Source: Mizuhopecten yessoensis
Taxonomy: Eukaryota
Assembly: GCF_002113885.1 (NCBI RefSeq)
Contig: NW_018407210.1
Span: 11,968 to 75,967, forward strand
Length of the DNA: 64,000 nt
Direction of reading: 5' to 3'
Of this stretch, positions 1 to 12,300 are shown piece by piece. Numbering within the stretch: position 1 is the stretch's first letter; every line of letters begins with the position of its first letter. Position numbers and translations under genes: made by a program. The notes under the pieces were generated by a model. It worked only from the letters and a program-made list of their open reading frames with translations, searched no databases and was not told where the DNA came from.

Positions 1-146
1 TTATTAGTCCCAGCAAATAGGACCTCCGGGGTTGGGGCCCCGTCGGTTCCTCACAGTTCACATAAAACACATATTTAAACACTCAAAAATCACAGAAGTA
101 CATTTCTACATGAAATAAGCATGGTTATAAAAGGTATATCATCGCT

Positions 147-965
147 CATTTACAAATAGTTGAAAAACGACAACTTAATCATAATGATAATGCATAAGAT
201 AGGATATTTTCAGTGCCTGAAGATAAATCTACAGCCCTCAATAATTTATTGTCAGCAACAAAATATTTCTTGAATAGAACACATTTCTTCTTCATGAGGT
301 AGTAGTGTTTGATATAATCAAAATATTTACGAAATGTTAACATAAAAAAGTTCTTTATATTCACTTTTGTCATTTTATGTACCACCAGATTACGCCTTTT
401 AAGAACGCAAAAAAGCACTACTCCTAAAAAGAAGTTGATGAAAAAAACATTCGTATGTTTAATCTTCCTGGTATAACCCAGAATTATGAGTTTTCCGAGA
501 GAAAAATCAGAAAGGTAACTCTGATCAGCATCTGAAAAAAGTATCTTTGTTAACGTATTGATATAAGCATAACTTCCTGTTATCCAAATGGAGAAGTGAC
601 TATATCACTCGGTTCATCGAGGATTTGTTTTCAGAATATTCATCTCTGTTTCTTCCAGGCACTGGTATTTCCCCATTGTACAATTCATATGTGTTAGTAT
701 AAAATATGCGTCAAAAAAGTTAATTATACATCTACCCATGGGGGATTAATTTTAGACGATTTTTATTGTGCATATTCACAGCAAGAAAAACAGCTACCAA
801 ACTACGTTCTGATAAAATTACTTTTTTCATCAATACGTCCCATATTCAGCATTATACGAGGTTCCGTATGGTGCAGTAAATGTTAGTTTTGTGAAGTAAC
901 AAATGCCGAAATTAGCTTCCGCGATTTTTAACCCTTTGATTGCAGTACCAAAGGAACACCTTGCT
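147..965. repeat. Local duplication: 147-568 matches 1956-2378 and 570-965 matches 3661-4058 (second copy carries an extra ~1.3 kb)
   Basis: Near-identical sequence read directly on both sides of the N gap, e.g. 'catttacaaa(t)tagttgaaaaacgacaac' and 'ttatccaaatggagaagtgactatatcactcgg...ggaacaccttgct'. Confidence 0.9.
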
Positions 966-1955
966 NNNNNNNNNNNNNNNNNNNNNNNNNNNNNNNNNNN
1001 NNNNNNNNNNNNNNNNNNNNNNNNNNNNNNNNNNNNNNNNNNNNNNNNNNNNNNNNNNNNNNNNNNNNNNNNNNNNNNNNNNNNNNNNNNNNNNNNNNNN
1101 NNNNNNNNNNNNNNNNNNNNNNNNNNNNNNNNNNNNNNNNNNNNNNNNNNNNNNNNNNNNNNNNNNNNNNNNNNNNNNNNNNNNNNNNNNNNNNNNNNNN
1201 NNNNNNNNNNNNNNNNNNNNNNNNNNNNNNNNNNNNNNNNNNNNNNNNNNNNNNNNNNNNNNNNNNNNNNNNNNNNNNNNNNNNNNNNNNNNNNNNNNNN
1301 NNNNNNNNNNNNNNNNNNNNNNNNNNNNNNNNNNNNNNNNNNNNNNNNNNNNNNNNNNNNNNNNNNNNNNNNNNNNNNNNNNNNNNNNNNNNNNNNNNNN
1401 NNNNNNNNNNNNNNNNNNNNNNNNNNNNNNNNNNNNNNNNNNNNNNNNNNNNNNNNNNNNNNNNNNNNNNNNNNNNNNNNNNNNNNNNNNNNNNNNNNNN
1501 NNNNNNNNNNNNNNNNNNNNNNNNNNNNNNNNNNNNNNNNNNNNNNNNNNNNNNNNNNNNNNNNNNNNNNNNNNNNNNNNNNNNNNNNNNNNNNNNNNNN
1601 NNNNNNNNNNNNNNNNNNNNNNNNNNNNNNNNNNNNNNNNNNNNNNNNNNNNNNNNNNNNNNNNNNNNNNNNNNNNNNNNNNNNNNNNNNNNNNNNNNNN
1701 NNNNNNNNNNNNNNNNNNNNNNNNNNNNNNNNNNNNNNNNNNNNNNNNNNNNNNNNNNNNNNNNNNNNNNNNNNNNNNNNNNNNNNNNNNNNNNNNNNNN
1801 NNNNNNNNNNNNNNNNNNNNNNNNNNNNNNNNNNNNNNNNNNNNNNNNNNNNNNNNNNNNNNNNNNNNNNNNNNNNNNNNNNNNNNNNNNNNNNNNNNNN
1901 NNNNNNNNNNNNNNNNNNNNNNNNNNNNNNNNNNNNNNNNNNNNNNNNNNNNNNN
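966..1955. other. Assembly gap (N run); other gaps at 28127-28203, 28601-28717, 44515-44597
   Basis: Runs of n. Confidence 1.
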
Positions 1956-2386
1956 CATTTACAAATTAGTTGAAAAACGACAACTTAATCATAATGATAA
2001 TGCATAAGATAGGATATTTTCAGTGCCTGAAGATAAATCTACAGCCCTCAATAATTTATTGTCAGCAACAAAATATTTCTTGAATAGAACACATTTCTTC
2101 TTCATGAGGTAGTAGTGTTTGATATAATCAAAATATTTACGAAATGTTAACATAAAAAAGTTCTTTATATTCACTTTTGTCATTTTATGTACCACCAGAT
2201 TACGCCTTTTAAGAACGCAAAAACGCACTACTCCTAAAAAGAACTTGATGAAAAAAACATTCGTATGTTTAATCTTCCTGGTATAACCCAGAAGTATGAG
2301 TTTTCCGAGAGAAAAATCAGAAAGGTAACTCTGATCAGCATCTGAAAAAAGTATCTTGGTTAACGTATTGATAAAAGCCAAAAAAT

Positions 2387-2416
2387 CAGACGTGATAACC
2401 ACTACACCACGAAACC
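2387..2416 (-). pseudogene. tRNA-Val 5' fragment (acceptor 5' strand + D arm only)
   Basis: Reverse complement GGTTTCGTGGTGTAGTGGTTATCACGTCTG is identical to the 5' end of the tRNA at 4696-4768, then truncated. Confidence 0.8.
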
Positions 2417-2630
2417 GATATAGAAACCATTCCTACAAGTGTACAAAGGCATTGGTTAATCGTCAAACAAAAGAAAAGTATCTATAAATAATTGTTTGTG
2501 TGCAGACGTATTCGTTTTTAATGGTAATTGTTTTAAAACATTTGCCGCAAAATAGCAAAGTATGTAAAGCAAGTATAATCACTTTGAAAAATAGTAGTAG
2601 CCTTGTCTACTGATAAAAAAAAATACAACA

Positions 2631-2684
2631 AGTTCCGACGAGTTTCGTGTAAAGCAGACGTGATAACCACTACACCACAGTACC
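2631..2684 (-). pseudogene. tRNA-Val(TAC) pseudogene with internal deletion
   Basis: Reverse complement GGTACTGTGGTGTAGTGGTTATCACGTCTGCTTTACACG...; the 3' anticodon stem and T arm are missing. The flank duplicates the flank of 4965-5027. Confidence 0.75.
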
Positions 2685-4185
2685 ACATATTACTCTCTGG
2701 CATTATCAATCTGTGTTTGTATATATCATGTCTCTTTTACGGGAAGTCTTTCAGGTAAGCGTATTTCAATATTAAAACGGATTTTGAACACCTGATTGAT
2801 GGATAAGGCTGATTGCATTGACAGATCGAGGAATGGGGATGGATGTCTGGGTGGGGAACCACACACACACGCACCGGTTTTTTACCGACGAAAATTGTTT
2901 TCATATCCTAATCATCATTATTTCAATTTAAAATCTATTTCTTTGTTCATATTCAACCTCAGAATAATATTTTTCGTGGCTGCATTTGACGTTGAGGATA
3001 GGTACCCGATCGTGAGTCAAAATGATACTGCACATCGCTTTGATCGGGGATAAACAATGCATCACCCGGAATTGTATAATGGTTTGAAAGCAGCAGTTAG
3101 ATTTATTGATTTTTTTAAATATATTCGGATTTAAATACCATAATTTCATATAATGAAAGTATTTAAAGGTCACAAAAGATGACGTTTAAAGGAGATTTCC
3201 AAAACATGCTTACATAAATCCCCTCCGCATTAAAGCCATTTTGGTCTCTGTGGAGTATAACATATAGATAGATAGACAGCACTTTTCAATTTCGGTTTTT
3301 TCTCTGGGTGCAACAAATGTACTACAAAACCCCCCCAACATTTTTCAAAGTAATGTGCAGAATTGTACGTGAATAGGGTGTAAAACCATTTGGTGACTAT
3401 GTTTGTTTGAAAAAATCCATATATGTTGTTTAATGCAAATCAAATGTCGGGCGGAGTGACAGGATGCTGTTTTTTTCTGGAGAACCCCGGCGTTTTGAAG
3501 AGGCGTTGAACAACACCCCTGTCTTTACAGCAATGTTTTTTTCTATTTTGTGAATCTTTGAGACAGATGTTGGCTTTTCACAGTGAGTGAGAAATGCGAA
3601 AAAGGTACACTGCTTTTTAGTATTTTTGTTGATCACGAGCGTTATGTATATTTCCAGATATAACTTGCTGTTATCCAAATGGAGAAGTGACTATATCACT
3701 CGGTTCATCGAGGATTTGTTTTCAGAATATTCATCTCTGTTTCTTCCAGGCACTGGTATTTCCCCATTGTACAATTCATATGTGTTAGTATAAAATATGC
3801 GTCTAAAAAAAGTACATTATACATCTACCCATGGGGGATTAATTTCAGACGATTTTTATTGTGCATATTCACAGCAAGAAAAACAGCTACCAAACTACGT
3901 TCTGATAAAATTACTTTTTTCATCAATACGTCCCATATTCAGCATTATACGAGGTTCCGTATGGTGCAGTAAATGTTAGTTTTGTGAAGTAACAAATGCC
4001 GAAATTAGCTTCCGCGATTTTTAACCCTTTGATTGCAGTACCAATGGAACACCTTGCTTTACTGACACGATACCACATTTCAAATACAATACTATTCAAT
4101 TTGAAGGAAACGTCTGATCCAGCACTTTGATTAAGCTGGACCACAAAATGTACCTGTTTGAGTAACCCATTAAGTGGGAGTGATA

Positions 4186-4517
4186 CCATCCTCGATATCC
4201 AGGGGTTACGCTCACTTTCACTCTCTACACCCCTGGACATTGTCATAGCAAAATTGAAGGCTGAATGTGCAACACCTTGTGGACGAGACGAGAAGACTAG
4301 TTCGATCATTTGATGTACATCAAAAGAATCTCGCGGTCGCGTAACGGTAAAAAATGACAGGCTTTGAAGCCAGCCGGGCGTCTCTCCTTTGTAACCTTCA
4401 AAGCCTAGTGATTGGTCATGTTTTTTTCACCTGAGACAAATCAAACAGCTATGTTCCAGACATATTCCAGGGGTGCAGAGAGCGAAAGTGAGCGTAACCC
4501 CTAGATATCGAGGATGG
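4186..4517. mobile_element. MITE-like non-autonomous DNA transposon (~330 bp, ~52-bp imperfect TIRs)
   Basis: Left end ccatcctcgatatccaggggttacgctcactttcactctctacacccctgga is the near reverse complement of right end tccaggggtgcagagagcgaaagtgagcgtaacccctagatatcgaggatgg. No clear TSD. Confidence 0.75.
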
Positions 4518-4695
4518 AATGATGCTGACTCGACGTGAAACCATACAATGACAGTTGGATAAGACTGCCTTCGAGCTACGTAATGATCAGGTATATTTTC
4601 AAAACATTTAATTTGGTAAAAGTAATTTATCTTTCTCGTGTAAAAAACAAATCTGCAATGAATTTTAAAATGTATTAAATCAAAAAAAGAATATG

Positions 4696-4768
4696 AGGTT
4701 TCGGCGAGGTTCGAACTCGCGACCTTCTGCGTGTGAAGCAGACGTGATAACCACTACACCACGAAACC
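4696..4768 (-). tRNA. tRNA-Val(CAC)
   Basis: Reverse complement GGTTTCGTGGTGTAGTGGTTATCACGTCTGCTTCACACGCAGAAGGTCGCGAGTTCGAACCTCGCCGAAACCT folds as a full cloverleaf with anticodon CAC and A/B boxes. A T7 Pol III terminator follows. Confidence 0.93.
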
Positions 4769-4964
4769 GTTATGAAAATATATGCTACAAGTGTGAATTG
4801 ATTAATTCGAAAACAAAAAAAAAGTATCTATAAATAATTGTTTGTGTGAAGACGTTTTTAACGGTGATTGTTTTAAAACATTTCCCGCAAAATAGCAAAA
4901 TATGTAAAGCAATTATAATCACTTTGAAAAATAGCCTTGTCTACTGATAAAAAAAATATACAAC

Positions 4965-5027
4965 AGGTTCCGACCTCGTGACCGTCTGCGTGTTAAGCAG
5001 ACGTGATAACCACTACACCACGGAACC
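4965..5027 (-). pseudogene. tRNA-Val(AAC) pseudogene, ~10-nt deletion in T arm
   Basis: Reverse complement GGTTCCGTGGTGTAGTGGTTATCACGTCTGCTTAACACGCAGACGGTCACGAGGTCGGAACCT lacks the TTCGAA T-loop/B box. Confidence 0.82.
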
Positions 5028-6020
5028 TTGATATAAACGTTGGTCTACTAATACATTGTTGTTGTGGTCTTCATCCAATTTATCCGATTGCTATATTCTA
5101 GGTATAAGGTCGAATGAGTGTATTGATAAACGGAAATAGGAAGTACATCCCTAGTTGAAAATCCAAAGTAGGGAGACAGTATTTCATTTTCCGCATATTC
5201 TAATGAGTCTTACAAAGTGCTAAAAATACAGGAAAAATAGGTAGAAAACATTGTTGATAAAGAGTTGCCATTCTTTACAGAATATTAGAAAACAGAAATA
5301 CGTTGTAGTATAATTGTAATTAGTCATTATGTTTATGTTTTTTCCATTGTTCAATCTTAAACTGATGAATATTGTATGTTTATTATTGCCAGACCAGTGA
5401 GTTCTCTCAATATTAAAAAAATCAAAAGCAATCCAGGCATTAATTCAGTTGGTTTTTTTATCAAAGTCACACGTGTCCATTTTTCTGTACTTCAGGAAAC
5501 CGGCTACCTATTTCACTACTGTGAAGTTTTTCAAGAAAGATGACTCTTACATGCAATATGGTTTTATTATAAAATGTCAATTTTCAATATTTATTTTACA
5601 CAATTTCAGCTTATATTAAAATGATATACATTAATGCAATACTTATCTATGGCAGTATCATTTTTATTGACATTATTTTGCAAAATTGTGTCCTTCAATT
5701 TTTTTTCAAAATTCACTCCTTTTTACATAAATTTCCATTTAAAATCCTGAAAATTTTGACAACCTATATTATTTTAGTGGAAGAACATCAAAATGTTTAT
5801 AAATGGGTTTCCAAAACACATTAAATTAAACCACAAAGCCTTTTACTCAGGTTTCTCTCTTGGATGCACATCAAAATTTGTGTAAGTGGGCACATATTAT
5901 TACACTTTTCCAAGGCCTAAACACTCTGATTAAAATTAAGAATAGTTTTTATCAAACGAAAATTATATTTCTGAATTAGTGAGAAACAAAATGAAACGTT
6001 TGAAGTAAAAAATAATTGAG

Positions 6021-6093
6021 AGGTTCTGGCGAGGTTCGAACTCGCGACCTTCTGCGTGTAAAGCAGACGTGATAACCACTACACCACAGAACC
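6021..6093 (-). tRNA. tRNA-Val(TAC)
   Basis: Reverse complement GGTTCTGTGGTGTAGTGGTTATCACGTCTGCTTTACACGCAGAAGGTCGCGAGTTCGAACCTCGCCAGAACCT is a full cloverleaf with anticodon TAC and a downstream T-run. Confidence 0.93.
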
Positions 6094-6340
6094 AGCTCGT
6101 ACAAAGCAGGTGTTACAAATTGTCCTGTTGACTTTTATTTAATGTGTAACTTTATTAGTTTACGCATTTAACTTTATACATTTACATGACTATATATAAT
6201 GATAACGACAATGCTATATCAGGTTATGACAGCATATCACATGAACTGATGACGCCCTACACAAGAACACCTAGCTACAATGTCAACAACATGGCCGACG
6301 GACTGCGAATTTGCGATGGATTTTGAATAATAAGAACATA

Positions 6341-9300
6341 ATGGGAGCAGGTTGCAGTTCAGATTCAGATAATCCCTTTGCCTACTCAGGTTATTTTATT
6401 ATATTTTATGCAAACTCAATCATTGTTACATTTATCCGTCTTCATGTTAGGTTGGTGTTCTGTTCACCAGGTATTTTAGCATACTCGAGCTCGCCGTACT
6501 GTTAGTACTGTAGCAATGTCAAGACTGGCTACACAGAATCGGTATAGGAAAATATGTTAAAAAATGTTACAAATATTATCTGATAACTATTAAATAACTG
6601 TGAAGATTAGTACACAAACATGTATTTTATTTTAAAACTTCATCATTACTTGGTGTAACAGGAAATCGAACCTCGATATCCAGGTTCCTAGTCGGACGCT
6701 CTACAACGTGCACTGAGCTAAAGGGAAATTATAATCCTAAAGGGAAAATCGTTATCCTGTGTACAATTAAAATCTGCCACACTAATCCCCCTTTTTAAAC
6801 GTGTTCGCCCTCGAACACCACAACCCAGGTTCTAACTCCCTGCAGTCAACACAGGGAGGGCCATGGACACCATTTGTAACAGGATTAAAGAGAATAGTGC
6901 GCTTCCACCAGGGATCAAACTCTCAATCTCAAGGTTCCTATTTGGACGCTCTCCGACTGAGTTAAGGGAAATTCCCTCTAGCTGGAAGCTAGAAGGCAAC
7001 TGTAGTCCTATGTACAATTAAAATCTGCCACACTTGGTAAATTATATTAAGAAATCAAACTGAAACTTGACAAGTAACAAAAATGCAAGTCATTTGAATA
7101 TTTGATACTATGATAATTGTTATGAAGTATTCTTTATTTGATTATCACAATGTGTTCTCTTAGTATCCCATCTCCTACAAAAATAAATGGCTCACCAGAA
7201 TTTCAACCTGCCACCTCCCAACTTTAGACAGCCTCATTACACTCCTCCCAACTTTTTCAAGGTATTTGCTCCCAAAAACAACATTATTCACAATCAAGGT
7301 TCGGGAATCTAATTGATGTATGTATACACACTTTTTGAAGCAAAGTTCGGGAACAGGAGATTGGAAATGCAATGAGGCTAGACCGTGAACTCTTAGACTG
7401 ATGCTCTAACCAATTTAAGGCAGTAGTTACCTGGTCATTGGTAGTCACCAGGCCCGGTCTTGCTACATATGTATGATGTCAGTTGTTGCAGGCTTTAATT
7501 AGTTCCATTGCTCTTCACAGCTACCATTTAAGTTGTTTTTCATGTACAATACAACTTTAATGACATCATGTCACCAGAAGGTAAAGTGAATAAATTACTT
7601 GAACAGAAATATACTTTCGAATATTATTGATTGAAGATGATGGGATAAGAATCAGTTAGATTATTACAATTTGCACAGATTGTATTTTATTGTGATAAGA
7701 TTTGTTTTCCTATCCTATTAACTTGTTTCTATTCAGGCACTGGACAACACATCCCCCCACTGAAGATTGCCCTAGTAGGTAAGGTTCTTTAATAGGGTTT
7801 ACTGCATTCATCCAAAGGTTAAAGTTTTGTAGGCATGATTAATGGATTTATAGCTGCCAAAAGATTGACCCAGATAATTCCCACGATGTGTGAAAAGATC
7901 AATATTCTCAACGGGCAATAGGAGGTCAAGTGTTTTTTGAAATTATTTTAACTCTGGTTTTCAGACAGGTTTGATTCTCTTTATTTTATCTCATAAATAC
8001 CATTTATATACATATTGCTATACCAAATTATAAACTCTCATTGTAGATTTGATTTTTTTCAAAATATATATACTAACTTGTAGCAGATTTTACAAGGGTA
8101 CTGAAACTCCAATATTAGTCAGTTAACCATCAATCATCAGCTGGTGGGCTGTTCTAGTCACTTTTTGTTTGTGGTCTGTCTGTCCATTGTCCATCTGTTT
8201 GTCCATCTTGGAACAATTCTTGTTATCACTTACTCTCAATATAGATTAGAGGTATTAGACAAATCTTTCTCCTTGACAGTTAAAGTTTAATTTGTTATGC
8301 TCCTTTTGGCTTGGCCTTATTTATGTATGTTACATTTATGCTTGATCGGGGAAATACCTGGCCACCTGCAGGTGCACATGTTGAATTTGACCATTAAAGT
8401 TTGGTTCACTATTTTTTCATATAAAGAAAAAATAAGGATCTTTCACAATTTCATCAGTTAGTACTTCCTGTTTCCTAGTTTTGTATATATATATTTCAAA
8501 AGAAACATATTGCTAACAGAAACTCTTTTGTATCATTTTGTACAAATTACAATTTTATTTTAATGAATAGGTCAAATAACAACCTCACAAGGACAATGCT
8601 ACATAGAACAGTATGAAATTTGATCAAAAGTTACCACAAAATGCATTTATTGCTGACATTGCTATCAATCCAACAGATGTTAAATAAGAACAGAAAAGAT
8701 CAAACTTGCATAGAACTAACGAACATCATACAGTGGTGGGTGCAAAGGTCTGTTCGGAGTCTTGTCTTTGTAGTACCTCACCTGGCAGAGATCTGGGAGA
8801 CTGAACAAAATACCATATATATTCATTCTTGTGTCAAAATGTTTTTCCTTGGCAATATCTCACGCCCAAAGAAAGTTTTATGTGCAATTTTTTTCTCCAT
8901 GTTTTATGGAAGCCATAGGGTATGTTATTAAAGATACATCTACATCAGGTATGATTGGTAACTTTGTGTGGCAGTACCAGTTTATAGCTTCACATTTAAT
9001 ACAAATATAGTTTATTGTATGATGTATCCTATGGATATGATGTAAACATGTTTCTTGTGTTATACAGGTGATCCTGAAGTAGGTAAGACATGTGTGGCAC
9101 TGAGATTCCTGAAGAACCAGTTCAGTCCCATGTATATTCCCACCAAGAAAGCAGTCATAGGTATGTAATATCATTAACTGATACATGTTTGAATTGAAAC
9201 ATCAGAATATAATTACTCTCTCAGCAGTCTGGGGTTGCCAATATCTTCCATGATAAACAGTCTGGGGTTGCCAATATCTTCCATGATAAACAGCCTGGGG

Positions 9301-12300
9301 TTGCCACAAATCTTCTTGATAAAATGCCTGGGTTGCCATTAAATTTCTATTGCATGGGGTTTTTATCATGTATTTTGATGTATTTCTTTAAATTTTGTGA
9401 GGTAAGATCTGACTCATTATTACATACTTTTTCTAATTTCAAATTAACTAGTGTCAGATTTGATCAATTTAAGAGAAAAAAAATGAAGTTTTAGTTATAA
9501 ATCTGATTCCAGAAAGCACGGTGCGGAAGCTGAATGTTCCAGGTCACACAGTGGTGTCCTTGACCTTGTGGGATATCCCTGGACGAGAGGACATTGATCT
9601 CCATAAATCTTACTTCAGGAATCTGGATGCTGCAATTGGTCAGTTAGTAGAGCTGTCATTGGTCAGTTAGTAGAGCTGTCATTGGTCAGTCAGTAGTGCT
9701 GTCATTGGTCAGTCAGTAGCACTGTCATTGGTCAGTCAGTAGAGCTGTTATTGGTCAGTCAGTAGTGCTGTCATTGGTCAGTTAGTAGAGCTGTCATTGG
9801 TCAGTCAGTAGTGCTGTTGTTGGTCAGTCAGTAGTGCTGTCGTTGGTCAGTCAGTAGAGCTGTCATTGGTCAGTCAGTAGTGCTGTCATTGGTCAGTCAG
9901 TAATGCTCTCATTGGTCAGTCAGTGGTGCTGTCATTGATAGATATTTATGTAGTGATATACATGTATCATGACTTATAAATATTGTGATATATGTACTAT
10001 TGAAAGTCATTCTACTAAGAAGGATGAAATATCACACAACCAATGTATTGAAATCCCAATATAAGTTTACGATGGATCATTATTTAATTGAAATTAATTA
10101 TAATATGCAAAATAACTGCAATAATGAAATAAAAAACACATGTTCATAAACCCAATGGATTATGTCTGAACTCTCCTGATTGTGTTACAGTGGTGGTTGT
10201 CTGAACTCTCCTGTTTGTGTTAGTGGTGGTAGTCTGAACTCTCCTGTTTGTGTAAGTGGTGATTGTCTGAACTCTCCTGTTTGTGTTACAGTGGTGGTTG
10301 TCTGAACTCTCCTGATTGTGTTAGTGGTGGTAGTCTGAACTCTCCTGTTTGTGTAAGGGGTGATTGTCTGAACTCTCCTGTTTGTGTTACAGTGGTCGTT
10401 GTCTGAACTCTCCTGTTTGTGTTAGTGGTGGTAGTCTGAGCTCTCCTGTTTGTGTAAGTGGTGATTGTCTGAACTCTCCTGTTTGTGTTACAGTGGTTGT
10501 TATATGAACTCTCCTGTTTGTGTTACAGTGGTGGTTGTCTGAACTCTCCTGATTGTGTTACAATGGTTGTTGTCTGAACTCTCCTGATTGTGTTACAATG
10601 GTGGTTGTCTGAACTCTCCTGCTCATGTTAAAGTGGTGGTTTTATGAACTCTCCTGCTTGTGTTAAAGTGGTGGTTGTCTGAACTCTCCTGATTGTGTTA
10701 CAGTGGTGGTTGTCTGAACTCTCATGTTTGTGTTAGTGGTGGTTGTCGGAGCTCTCCTGCTTGTGTTACAGTGGTGGTTGTCTGAACTCTCCTGTTTGTT
10801 TAAGTGGTGGGTGTCTGTACTCTCCTGTTTGTGTTACAGTGGTGGTTGTCTGAACTCTCCTGTTTGTGTTAGGGGTGGTTGTGTGAACTCTCCTGTTTGT
10901 GTTAGTGGTGGTTGTGTGAACTCTCCTGTTTCTGTAAGTGGTGATTGTCTGAACTCTCCTGATTGTGTTGTAGTGGTGGTTGTCTTAACTCTCCTGATTG
11001 TGTTACAGTGGTTGTTATATGAACTGTCCTGTTTGTGTTACAGTGATGGTTGTCTGAACTCTCCCGATTGTGTTACAGTGGTGGTTATATGAACTCTCCT
11101 GTTTGTGTAAGTGGTGGGTGTCTGTACTCTCCTGTTTGTGTTACAGCTCCTGTTTGTGTTACAGTGATGGTTGTCTGAACTCTCCTGTTTGTTTTAGTGG
11201 TGGGTGTCTGTCCTCTCCTGTTTGTGTTACAGTGGAGGTTGTCTGAACTCTCCTGTTTGTGTTACAGTGGTGGTTGTCTGAACTCTTCAGATTGTGTTAC
11301 AGTGGTGGTTGTCTGAACTCTCCTGTTTGTGTTAGTGGTGGTTTTCTGAACTCTCCTGTTTGTGTTACAGTGATGGTTGTCTGAACTCTCCTGATTGTGT
11401 TACAGTGGTGGTTGTCTAAACTCTCCTGATTGTGTTGTAGTGGTGGTTGTCTGAACTCTCCTGTTTGTGTTAGTGGTGGTTGTCTGAACTCTCCTGTTTG
11501 TGTAAGGGTTGTTGGCTGAACTCTCCTGATTGTGTTAAAGTGGTGGTTGTCTGAACTCTCCTGATTGTGTTACAATGGTTGTTGTCTGAACTCTCCTGCT
11601 TGTGTTAAAGTGGTGGTTGTCTGAACTCTCCTGTTTGTGTTTCAGTGGTGGTTGTCTGAACTCTTCTTATTGTGTTACAGTGGTGGTTGTCTGAGCTCTC
11701 CTGTTTGTTTAAGTGGTGGGTGTCTATACTCTCCTGTTTGTGTTAGTGGTGGTTGTCTGAACTCTCCTGTTTGTGTTACAGTGGTGGTTGACATGACTGA
11801 GCCGACAAGTATAGAGATGGCACCAGTATGGCGTCAGACAGTCCTCAACAACACATTTCTGACACACCCAGTCGAGGACAAGGCGGGCCAGGTCCACATG
11901 ACAACCATGGAGGAGACTGCGGTTGACAAGGACACATTCCCTATCCTTCTACTTGGCAACAAGTTTGACGTGGTGGGTGTCGCCAGGTTTTGTACATGTA
12001 GTATGACAACACTGATCGTTCTTGTCTGTTTCATCACCTAGTTTGTGAAGACCACAATTCTACAGTAAAAACTTGTCTAAACATACCAAGGTGTCCAACT
12101 TGACAACCTCTGCTCTAGCTGACCTGATACATAATACTGTATAGTGTTACCATACCTCCCTGGAGAAGCTACAACTTCTCCTATAGGCCTAACTAATAGA
12201 TACATGTAATAGACGCAATTGCTTAAATCTTGCAATAGACATGAACATTTTAGTTTTTCCTGTAAAGAAAATTGGCAGTCAAGCTGGAGGATGTATTTCC

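Noticed and set aside
903-2007. Long ORFs of X residues (also 28536-28791, 44375-44853)
   Set aside because: Artefacts of N gaps.
1989-2402. 137-aa minus-strand ORF (and 179-418 copy)
   Set aside because: Low-complexity AT-rich translation with no recognisable motif, lying in duplicated intergenic sequence.
10724-11092. Cys/Val-rich 122-aa ORF
   Set aside because: Translation of the intronic acceptor-junction minisatellite.
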